From Neophaeotheca triangularis (taxonomy: Eukaryota), in the NCBI GenBank assembly GCA_054600435.1, contig BAAIJX010000017.1, forward strand, positions 310,001 through 374,000: a DNA stretch of 64,000 nucleotides, in the 5' to 3' direction. Numbering within the stretch: position 1 is the first letter of the stretch; every line of letters begins with the position of its first letter. This document shows positions 49,191 to 59,448 of the stretch, in pieces. The position numbers and the translations under genes are program-made. Under the pieces are notes generated by a model. That model was given only the letters and a program-made list of their open reading frames with translations. It was not told the origin of the DNA and did not search any database.

Positions 49191-52091
49191 GTTGGCAGCC
49201 TCGGTTGGTTCGTTCCTCCCACGGCAAATTGGTATAGCAGCTGACCAGCTCGATTGGTTTCCCGACTCTTGTCCCTATCGTTCCATTGCACAATCACAAG
49301 AGGCCACGAAACCTATGTCCACAAATCCGGCTGAGGAGAGGAGGCTGCGATGCGACGTTCCAGGCTGCTGGATGTCCAGTCGTCGGGAGTTGGCGGAAAG
49401 GTAAGCTTCCCCTCGAAGATGACTTTTTGAGACTTGTTCGAGCTCTTGGTGACACAACAGGCTCGGCTGGATGCAGGCACCGGGAATGCACAGGCGCCGG
49501 CGTCGGGTAGGAGGCAGTCGTAGTAGCAAGTCGACGAAATGGTGCGGAAGGGGATGGCTAGGTACAGACAGACACAGAGGTTGGCGGCGTGTCTGTGGAT
49601 GGGTGCGATCAAGCTACTTACCAGGGCAGTAATAATACCTCGGGAGGTAGGGAATGAGAAAGGTAAGACTACGTCGCAGCGAGCACGAGCAAGCAGGCAG
49701 GCCTACGACGACATGCAGCAGCAGTAGTATGCAGTCGGCGGGATAGTAGACTAGTATGTGTCTGGATAGGGTAGGGTAGGGTAGGGTACATACTACCACC
49801 TAACATAGGGTTGGTCGGGTGGGTTGGGTAGGCCGGTAGACGACGAATAAGTCTACGGGGCGGCGTGCGGTGTGCCTCGTATGTGTGCCGCCTTTGGTTT
49901 TGCCTCTACCCGGCGCCGATGCTTAGGTAGTAGTTAGGAGGGAAACTAGCAGTAATAATAATAATATTCACGCTACTACTCCACTACTAACAACGATTAA
50001 TGCCGCCGCATGACATGAACCCTGACGTCGAGTCTCGAGTCTCGACGGTCGGGACTCGATTAGCTCCAGCGTCACAGCGTGCTCCAGGCTGTGTGGTTGT
50101 CTCCAGCAGGGCGGGTCTCTCACGAGCATTGCCTATGATTTCTCTTCCATTCAAGTCAGGGCCACGCAGAAGAATATTCAATGAAAACCATTATTATAGA
50201 CTCTAGAGTTCTTGCGCTACCTACATAGCAGGTATCACTAACCACGGAAGCATGCTGCATGCCTGCATGCCCCGGCCATCGCAATTATCCACCGCTATAA
50301 TAAGCATTCGGTGCGGAAAAGCCAAGCTGTCGTCGGGTGCCTAACCAATTGTACCTAGTAGGTACATAGTAGGTAGTAATAGGTACCTACTGTACTTCGT
50401 ATTCGTTTTCACCCTCGTTACCTTGATCGCCCCTTATTGACAACAACAACATTACAGTGAAATCTATGGTAAGAGACATATCGCACGCCTTGCCACCGTG
50501 CCTGTACGCGCTTCTCCCTTTAGCACCGTATGTCCATATTAGCATCCAAGTATTGACGTTGTTATCGCTGCTGCAACCTGTTGCGCCCGAACTGTCACTA
50601 CTGACCCCTAGACCCCTAGGTACCCATATCCGGAAGCACTTGCATATGCGACCAAACCCTAATCTCCCACGCCTTTAACGGCAACAATAATGTCATCCCA
50701 ATCAATTTGTCTTGCCGGCTTGAAATACCTAATAAATAATACCAATACCAATAATAATAATAATAATACCCAGACTTGACGAGACACGTCTAGACGGCTT
50801 TGCAGCTCGGCGCCGTGCCATGTTTGTCGATCGTCATACCATCAAGATCCTACAGTACCTTACCTTACCTACATCAAGTGCCAGAAATTCAGGATAGAGC
50901 GGCGTGGTCTGTAGTGGAGCCACCGAGCCAGCACTACTCATTACTCAAGAAAGCGACCTACCGGACAATTTGGCCGACGGTCATGTCGTAGTACGGTAGG
51001 GTACTTAGTACCTCCTAGTACCCGACCGGGCTGCGAGCTGGTGTTTTTTGTTCAATCATTAATAACAGTAATATTATTATTTTCCGCCGCAAACGACCAA
51101 CGGCCAAACATCAGCCAAACGAGTTTTGTGTGAGAGTTCGTCAACTGCCCTGCCTGGGTGAACTGCTCGGCCGGACCCACAAGCTCCCCCGTAGTCCGAA
51201 TACCGTAGTGCATTTCACTCATCACCTCGCACCGGGCGGCCAGATGATGCTTCGATAACGTGGATCACACGGACATACAGTAGGTACCTGCTGCAATCAC
51301 GCACGGAACGGAGTTCCACAAACATCGCATTATTATTTCCCTCGGCCGCATAAAACGCACAGGTGTTATCATTATTATCATCATCTGTCGACGCACCCGC
51401 CAGCATACATGATTACCAAGTACTGTACCTGCACATCTCTAGACAACCAAAAGCCCGCAGCTTTCGGACGTTGCCCCGGAAATGCTCGTCGTGCTCCAGC
51501 CTTCAGAGTTTCTCCACATGCTCCCTCCGCAAGATCCTATGAGATGCTGCGATCGTGTGTTCACCGTGGATGATGTGCAGGTGTTCATCAGATACAGTAG
51601 GTAATTATTGCCCATCGAATGACTTGACTCGTTTAGGTAGGTCATCAAAGGAAATATTCCTACCCGCATACGTCCTTCCTTCGAGGAGCAATGGAGCGCT
51701 TTGGCCTGATCCCGGCAGCATCTGGTCTATCTGCTCTTCCCCCCCAATCGATTTCCGCCAACCGACGACCTTCCTCGTCCGAAGACGGTCGATTTTGCCT
51801 TTACCCATGCAGCTTTACGGTTTACCATCCCGCAACTTGCAAGCTGGATGGCAGTGGAGACTGTCGGTCTGCTGGACTGCAGTAGTGTCGGTGCCAATCT
51901 ATACCAAGCTATACCACGGTGAGCAGGTGGCTCGTTCGATAGCTGTCGGACGATAATCCATCTTCGAGCTCGACTCATTGCAGACGCGCATTCCACTTCT
52001 CGTCATTACTCGGGATTATTGTAACCGCGTATACGCAACCTTCTGAGCCCTGCTGCATGTCGCAGGTCCCTCGGGTATGTTATTGTTTGCC

Positions 52092-53403
52092 TTATGCTGG
52101 CGCGGCCATCATGTGCAGCCGATTGCCGTGCTCGTAGTCAAACGCCTTCAAAAGCCCCACCAGATGGGCTGCAGCTGCAAGCACCACAAGTACATGAAAC
52201 ACCTGATGCGAGCTTCCCCAGATGTCAAAGGCGCCCGGTCGCAGGCGTTCCGGTACTCGAGCCTACTATCATCAGTTCCCGTCTGCAAGCACCAACGATC
52301 GGCGGGGGGGGGATCTTACAGCGTAGATGACGGCACCGCTGATGTACAACAGACCCTGCATGACCAGCCAGGAGAGTCCGATCTGCTTCTCCAGCCGGCT
52401 GACCCCGTATATGCTGATACCATGCACGACCGGAATGATTGCACTGAGACCCATGGCCACGAACATCAATGCCCGAACTGGCCGCCATTCCGGAGTTCGA
52501 AACTTGGGGTAGAGGACGACGACAATCGTTGCGGCGCCTACAGTCGTGATCTCGACGGCCATCAGCACGTCGCCATGCCCAGCCAAACTTGGGGTCTAGA
52601 CTTACCATCGTCCAGTACGCCCTGATCAAAGCCGGTTCAGCAGCAAACCCGTAGTAGATGCTAGGGATGAAGCTGCCCCAAATCAACACCACAATCCCCA
52701 GGTAATCCAGCTTGTTGCCGAATCTAGCGACCTCATCCGAATGATTAGAGATTGCGTGGTAAGTCGCCGACATTCCCAGGCAAGCCACGGCTCCAAAGAA
52801 ATAGCAACCAAGGACCAAAACATCCTCGCGCGTCGCTTGTCCATAGCGAGGTTTGACGACGCCGTAGAGCACCGTACCGGCCAAAGCTGCCAGCAGAGCC
52901 CCAACAAGATGGGTATAGATGTTGACGGTCTCGTTGTGCAAGTAGCCCAAACTGTTGAAGCACCCCCGGTAAGAGTTAGAAGCCGGCCTGTAGCCCGCAT
53001 AAATGTAATGATTGTCCCGCTGCCACGGCGGCAAATCCTCCCACGCGACCGTCAACGCAGCTTCCACCTCTTTCGCCACAACCTCAACCGCCTCCACCGC
53101 CCGACAACCCGCCAACTTGACCGGCCTATCCTTCCTGCCAGGCAGACTGCCATTGGAAACCGCACGCTCCAACGACCGCTCCTCGGCATTCCTATCCGCG
53201 GGCTGCACCCCGTTGTCTTTGGCCGAAACCGTCAGCGTCGAGCTCTCGCGCTCCACCAACGACTGCGTCAACGACTGCTGCTCGGCGTTCTTGTCGGTGG
53301 GCTTGCCCGACATTTCCGCCGTCGACATTGTCCGCGTCGACCAACCTACCCGCTGGCTCATGTTGGTCACTTTGGAGACGAGTTTGTAGCCGAACTTTGG
53401 CAT
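52092..53403 (-). CDS. PAQR/haemolysin-III family (IZH-like) membrane protein (introns 52551-52605 and 52263-52319)
   Basis: LPPWQRDN.YI..GYR, HNETVNIYTH, SATYH....HS, DYLGI, RVPER..PG.FDIWGSSHQVFH; start codon uncertain. Confidence 0.9.
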
Positions 53404-53842
53404 CGCATCGCTTTATTGTTGTTGATCCAATTCTCTTGAAACAATTCTTGTAGCCGATGATGCGCTTTTCTCTCGGCCGTAGGTGGGCGAGTTGTGTTTG
53501 GGGCTCTCTCTCTCGTTGGTTGGGCAGTGGCGGTGTCCGTTCTGCATGCACCTCGGTAGCGACTTCGGGGAGGTTGAGGGTTGGAGTTGCTGTTGCAACA
53601 CGGCGCCGAGATCGTGGCTACCCAAACGACTTGGTTTGGAGTCGGTCAATAATCGATTGGTATGGTATTATTCGAGATGAATGTGTTCTCGTCACGCCCT
53701 GGCAACTAGACAACACAACCGCTTTCATCCTGCTTCTGTCCAAACCCTGGAAAAAGCAAACAACACTCCCGTCCCCAGCTAGCGTTGACGTACCATGTCA
53801 TCGAGCCCCTCCGGTCCAGACGTCAGCCTCATTTCACAACAG

Positions 53843-54891
53843 ATGATGGCGGCTTCAAACCGACCTCCAGCTCGCCGTGGGCCGTCCAGCACATGGAACC
53901 GCTTGCGGCCTGCCGTCGTCGATCCGTTGGACGTCTACGGTCTACCGTCCAAGGGCGAGACAAGGTGAACAGAGACTCGAGTAACAGTAAGACGACCAAG
54001 ACTCGGTTCACACGTATCTAACCAGTAAAGCGCCACCACAGACTGCACGATTTCAAAAACCAAGAGTCCCTCTACCAGAAAATCGTAGAGCGCTACATGC
54101 AATTCTGCGCCTCGTCCGGCAGCGGCGATGAGCTCGAGAAAGCCTTCACGGCCATGTCCATGCAACCGCGTGCCACCACCACCACCACCGCAACAGCAAC
54201 ACGCCCGTCTCAAGCACCCTCACGAACTGCCCTCGACCCCTCGCCAAGACCAACAACAAGCCCCCACCAGCGCCAGCAATCCCCAACAACCACGCACCAC
54301 GCAAGCGAAATGTCGCACCTGCTGATGGCGATGCGCAAACTCCGCGAAGGCATCCTCGCCAGCCAGCGCCGCGACGCTTTCGCCCAGCGCGCTTACATGT
54401 TCATCATCCACGCCAGCATCCTCGCCCGGCACTGGCCCTCATACCTGCCCGCGCTGCGCTACCTACTCTCCGAAATCCACACGCACACGCCACTGTCGCA
54501 ACCGGAATTGCAGGAGTTCGTCGGCTACCAGATCCTCGACCTCGCGTGCCGGCAGGACGAGCTGGTCGATGCCTTCGCCGTGAGAGCCGCTTTCCGGCAC
54601 CGGGACCGCAGGGTCGCGACCGTGTTGCGGTGTTTGGTGCATGATGATTGGGTCAGGTTTTGGCGGACTAGGCAGGCGGTGGATGGGTACCAGCGGGCGT
54701 TGATTGAGGTTGCCGAGGAGAGGGTGCGGTTGCATGCGTTGAAGTGTCTGGGGCGGAGTTATATGAGCGCTGATAGGGCTTTTATTGAGCGCATGGCGGG
54801 GGCTGCGTGGGAGGAGCTGGTAAAAGGGGGTGTGGGCTGGCAGCTGCAGGCGGATGGAAAGGTCGTGATCCGAAAGCCCAAAGCTAAATGA
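53843..54891 (+). CDS. Conserved fungal protein with a PCI-like (CSN8/PSMD8/eIF3K-type) helical domain (intron 53965-54041)
   Basis: Exon 1 (..DPLDVYGLPSKGETR) splices in frame to the 54097 ORF; MRKLREGI and R.HALKCLGRSY motifs; family assignment tentative. Confidence 0.65.
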
Positions 54892-54951
54892 TTTCCTCCT
54901 GTTGGGGAGGTTGCCAGCTCATAGATAATATTCCAAGGAAGTGTTTTGCTT

Positions 54952-56599
54952 TCAGCTCTCGTCTCTTCGGCCTCTAGGCAGACTGACACGACTCCGAGCG
55001 CTCTTCCGATGCTTCACGGGGCTAGGATTCATGACATAGTCGTACGTCTCACGGTCATCCTCCAGCAACTCTCGTTCCATTTCCCACAGAGGAGATTCAC
55101 GCAGATACCGGTGGCTCACGTTCTTCTCCCTGGTCTTGAGTTTCCAGAAAATATCCGGTCGCTTGCCCCCAGGTTCCCCGTACTCAACGTTCAGCTTCCA
55201 GTCTCTAAGCGCCTTGCACTCCCACCTTCCAGCATCATTAAGCCCGGGGCCTCCCAGCTTCAACCGCGCCCGTGCCGAAGGATGAATGTATTCGCAGGTG
55301 TCCTTCAGCGGACGATCAGTGGGCTCGCCATTGGTAGGATCAATAGCAAAGTACCTGCCAGGCGTGCGAATCTTGCTTCCACCAAGCGCATAAAAGCCCG
55401 TCATACCGCTGAAAATTTCGCCAAAAGACCAAGGCCTGATTTTCTTCTTCATCTCATCGTAGTAGTCTAGGTTCGCATCGTGCTCGTCCAGGATGTAATC
55501 CGGGTCGAAGTCGAGGAAGCTCTGGCATTGCGACATCATCCACGCGAGCGAGATGTTGGCGATTTGCTGGTCGTCGTAACCCCCACCTACGTTGGAATGC
55601 GCGCCAGGGAACCAGACTTGTCGTAGTCGCGTCCTACAGTCTTCGTCTTTCTCCCATACAGCGGGCTGGAAGGCGAAACGCCGTTCGTCTAGAGCTAGCG
55701 CCTGGAAAGCATTTTCTATGCTGTCTGAGAGGGATGTGTCGTAGAAGGACATTTGCCTGGATGCCGAAGACTGCAGACCGATACGTTGCAGCCAGGGGAT
55801 CTTTGGTGTGCCCAGAGAGCCCACGGTATCCCAAACGCCCACGACTTTGATCGGGATGTTCAGCCTGGTTAGGCCTCGTCGTTGAAGCTCTTGGGCATAA
55901 GCTGGGTCGAGGGCGCTTGGCTTGTTTGGAAAAGGCATGTCCGGATTCCTTGGCTTGTAGTCATCGTTGTGCCTTTGCTGGACATCGCGGAAGATCTCGG
56001 CAAGGAACGGCAACCCGTCTTTAGTCAAGACGCCAACGATCGCGATCAGTCCGGCAATGCTGCGCGCGCTGAAAGCGCCCCTGGAGAAGCCGAAGAGGAA
56101 GATCTCATCGCCGGGAACGTAGTTTGTCGAGATGAAGCTGTCTGTATGTCATCGTAGATTGTTAGAATCAATCGTACATGGACATCAAATCCTGAATAGT
56201 CAACGTACATCCTTCGCGAATAATTTCAGCCAGACCTTCGCCGCTGATGCCGCCGTGGATTCGGTCAACGATGCCTCCACTGGCGCCTACGCCGGACCGG
56301 TAAGAACAGATTTGAGGGATACCGTCGCTGCTTAGCGGTTTGATGGCGCGAGAGATGCGCGTCACATTGCTAGGATTGGCGATCTCGCCGCGCAGGTTCC
56401 CGGCATCTGAATTGAGCCAGGTGCCTGGATAGGGGGGGTTAGATTCGGTCGTCGATTACTTGCCGGGATAGATATGCAACATACCATCTTCACAACGTAT
56501 GATGCGCTTCGATGGACGCTGTGGTTCAGGCACACGGCTAGGTGCTCTGCTTCGGTCTCGAGGTACAGTGATGAGACTGCGGTCTCGGGGAACGGACAT
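54952..56599 (-). CDS. DUF2235 (Tle1-like) alpha/beta hydrolase (introns 56425-56484 and 56142-56208)
   Basis: KRII.C.DGTW, SNVTRI, FGFSRGAF.AR (nucleophile Ser), VGVWDTVGSLG, ALALDERR, QVWFPGAHSNVGGG. Confidence 0.9.
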
Positions 56600-57071
56600 G
56601 GATTGTTGCGTCGACAAAAGACGGTCAAGGGCCAGACAGGGGAGCCAGGGTCTGGCCGTTCGTTAGTGTGGCTCGAGTGTCAATGTTGTGCGCTCGAAAG
56701 AATGCCATATGCGCATTACGATGGATATGATAGTACGCTGTAGTAAAGAATGACTGTAGTGACTGATGGTGTGTTTGCGCGAGGGAAGAAAGAGACAGAA
56801 ATGGTTGTCTTGCAGTGAGTGAGTGCATGGGTCACGATGGACGCGAGGCGGTTGTGCCCCAGCCACGGCGAGGACCGACCACACCCATGCGCCAAGACAG
56901 GCATTTGCTTTTGCTGCCCAATTATTGCATGAACGTTCCGGTTCGGGATAAGTTGATAGCAGTAACTACCTCAATCGTTGATGATGACTCCTCGCAATAA
57001 TACAAGACTCGAGCACATCCATGAATCTTCAATTGTATACATAAAAAGGTATAGCTAAATGATGCCTCAAA

Positions 57072-58205
57072 CTACGCGCTACTCGCTTCGGCTTCAGTAG
57101 CCGTACCACTCTCGCTAGTGTCAGGCCCTGCACCGGCATCCGCCGTCTTCTTCGCTTCTTCGGCTTTCTTCTTGGCCTGTAGCTGCCATGCTGGGATGGC
57201 AGCCTTGTTGCCTAGAATCTTGTTGTAAGGGCTGGCCGAGGAAGAACGGTCTGGCAAGCCAGTCGTCGCAGCTGGCTTCTCACTTTCTTCAGTCGTGCCG
57301 TTCGTGGCGCCAACACCGTTCGTGCCGTTCGTCATTGGAGTGCTTTCCGGAGCTGGCGCTGGAGTCGGAGCAGAGGCAGCGGTAGCGGTGCCACTAGACG
57401 GTGTGTAGGTTGTCGGTTGCTGCGAAAGGTACGACGGAGTGGCTCTCTGTTGGGGCGCAGGACCAGCAGACATGCGGTTGCCCACCAACGTCTTGAGACT
57501 CTTCATCTCCGTCGCCAGATCCCTCAACCTCTCGTCTGTGCCCTCCCTCTCCTTCTCAAGAGCCTTCGGTATCTGCTCCCTAATGTCTCCCAGTTCTCGC
57601 GCCATCCTCCTGCTATCAGCCTCGCGGTTTTCGTTGGCCTCCCTCGTGATACCAATGACAGATTCAACTTCACCCAGCGCCTTGTCCAGCCGCTCAGTGC
57701 GCGACTTCTCCGAGTCCTTCAGCTCCTGGGTGTCCGTTGCCAATTGATCCAACAGAGCAAACGCCTTGTCGAAACTCTCATCTACACTAGCCTTGTCTTG
57801 TTCCAGCTGCGGCGGTGTAGGTGGAGCTATCAAGGGATAAACGTAGCGTTTCGCCGTCCAGTAAACGGCATACCCGAAGCCTCCCATGACTGTAGCCGCG
57901 ATGAACCAATCCCTCCAATCTCGTCGCGGCATTTCGGGTGGCGGTTGATTCCATTGTTGATATTGCTGGTACTGTCCGTACTGTTGCTGCTGTGGTGCCG
58001 GTCTGTACGGCTGGGTGTATTGTGCCGTAGGCTGTTGTTGGGGTGGTGGAGGTGCTTGGCCGACTCTGGCGAAGGCGGCATCGATTTCCTCTTGGGTAAG
58101 ATTCTTTGACTTGAGGAAGGCGACTTTCTGGTCCACTGCCGCCGAAGAGACCGAGGGGTCGTTCAGGAAGGTGATGGCACCCTCGACCAGGTCCTCTCGG
58201 ACCAT
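57072..58205 (-). CDS. PEX14: Peroxisomal docking protein Pex14
   Basis: REDLV..A..FL.DPSV....K..FL.SK.LT.EEI, RDWRDWFI..TM segment, coiled coil, AAIPAWQL. Confidence 0.95.
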   Translation of the reverse strand: MVREDLVEGAITFLNDPSVSSAAVDQKVAFLKSKNLTQEEIDAAFARVGQAPPPPQQQPTAQYTQPYRPAPQQQQYGQYQQYQQWNQPPPEMPRRDWRDWFIAATVMGGFGYAVYWTAKRYVYPLIAPPTPPQLEQDKASVDESFDKAFALLDQLATDTQELKDSEKSRTERLDKALGEVESVIGITREANENREADSRRMARELGDIREQIPKALEKEREGTDERLRDLATEMKSLKTLVGNRMSAGPAPQQRATPSYLSQQPTTYTPSSGTATAASAPTPAPAPESTPMTNGTNGVGATNGTTEESEKPAATTGLPDRSSSASPYNKILGNKAAIPAWQLQAKKKAEEAKKTADAGAGPDTSESGTATEAEASSA

Positions 58206-58392
58206 TCTGCTAGATGGACCGCGCTGTAGCGCGCAGACTTTGCTCCCTGCGTGAAACAAAAGTTACCAGCCTCTCCGCCTCTTCGCAGTTCGAGCTCGTC
58301 TTCTTCCAATTCTGTTGGCGAAGTGTTGATGACTTGCGATACCACTGAACGATGGTTGTGCCTGCCCTGTTGGTCCGAGTTGGAGATGCCGA

Positions 58393-58398
58393 CCTCGG
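58393..58398. promoter_or_regulatory. CCTCGG (FarA/FarB-type fatty-acid response core) upstream of PEX14
   Basis: Exact hexamer about 190 bp upstream of a peroxin start; a short motif, so it may be chance. Confidence 0.35.
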
Positions 58399-58481
58399 CT
58401 AAGCTGTCAACTTTCCGTCTCACGTGCGCCTGCCTGAGTGAGGCAAAAGCGGGAGTGTCCGTCGCAATGGAAGCTTGGTGT

Positions 58482-59232
58482 GACGGTCACCCAAGCATAC
58501 CCAGCGACGGATTTCTGTCCTAACGCCCCGCTAAAACTTCTACCTATTCTTTCCCTCCCTTCCTAGATAACGATGTTTTAATACGACGGCAACCTTAAGA
58601 TGCGACGGGGCCTTATAATGCGACGGGGCCTCATAATGCGACGGGGCCTCATAATACGACGGGGCAAGATGCGACGGGGCAAGATACGACGGGGCAAGAT
58701 ACGACGGGGCAAGATGCGACGGGGCAAGATGCGATAGGGCTTCATAATGCGACGGGGCCTTATAATGCGATAGGGCCTCATAATACGACGGGGCAAGATG
58801 CGACGGGGCAAGGTACGACGGGGCAAGTTGCGACGGGGCAAGATACGACGGAGTAAGATGCGACGGGGCAAGATGCGACGGGGCCTCATAATGCGACGGG
58901 GCCTCATAATGCGACGGGGCCTCATAATGCGACGGGGCCTCATAATGCGACGGGGCCTTATAATGCGACGGGGCCAGATGCGACGGGGCCTTATAATGCG
59001 ACGGGGCCTCATAATGTGACAGGGCCTTATAATGCAACGGGGCAAGATGCGACGAGGCCTCATAATGCGATAGGGCCTTATAATGCGATAGGGCCTCATA
59101 ATGCGACGGGGCAAGATACGACGTATATAGCGAGGTACATATAATTATCTTAAGACTAGGAAAGTGAAAGGTAAAAGTTCAAGTAGGGCGTTGGGACAGA
59201 AATCCGTCGCTGGGTATGCTTGGGTGACCGTC
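58482..59232. mobile_element. Non-autonomous TIR element (MITE/foldback-like), 751 bp
   Basis: 47-bp TIRs at 58482-58528 and 59186-59232 (1 mismatch), flanked by GTGT at 58478-58481 and 59233-59236. Confidence 0.85.
58600..59123 (+). repeat. Minisatellite of about 31 units: ATGCGACGGGGC followed by CTCATA (18 bp) or AAG (15 bp)
   Basis: Units counted directly; forms the interior of the TIR element. Confidence 0.95.
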
Positions 59233-59448
59233 GTGTTCCCCGTCGCTAGGGCTTCTCCGCAGTGTTTATCAACACGCGCTGGCCAATTCAGATTGCAACA
59301 CCATCACCGCCAACTCAAGTCGCGCCGCGCTCTCCAATCGTTACATACAGTCGCAACATACCGCGCGCAACACTCTCTCCAAGCATATCTACCACTGACT
59401 GTACTTGCGGCTAAACACATCCCCTTCATCGCGACTTCTGCGCGCGGC

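Noticed and set aside
51439..51996. Small ORFs downstream of the PAQR gene
   Set aside because: No recognisable motif and no consistent exon chain could be built
54952..56599. DUF2235 gene as a bacterial T6SS effector or recent transfer
   Set aside because: It has two spliceosomal introns and the family is widespread in fungi
58540..59114. ORFs of 165, 178 and 73 aa with APSHYE / PRRI / MRRG repeats
   Set aside because: By-products of 3n minisatellite units inside a TIR element; no independent sign of a gene
58600..59123. CRISPR-like array
   Set aside because: No unique spacers, eukaryotic context, no cas genes
59164..59448. 95-aa N-terminal extension of NDC80
   Set aside because: Begins at GTG inside the mobile element; the conserved-looking protein starts at ATG 59449
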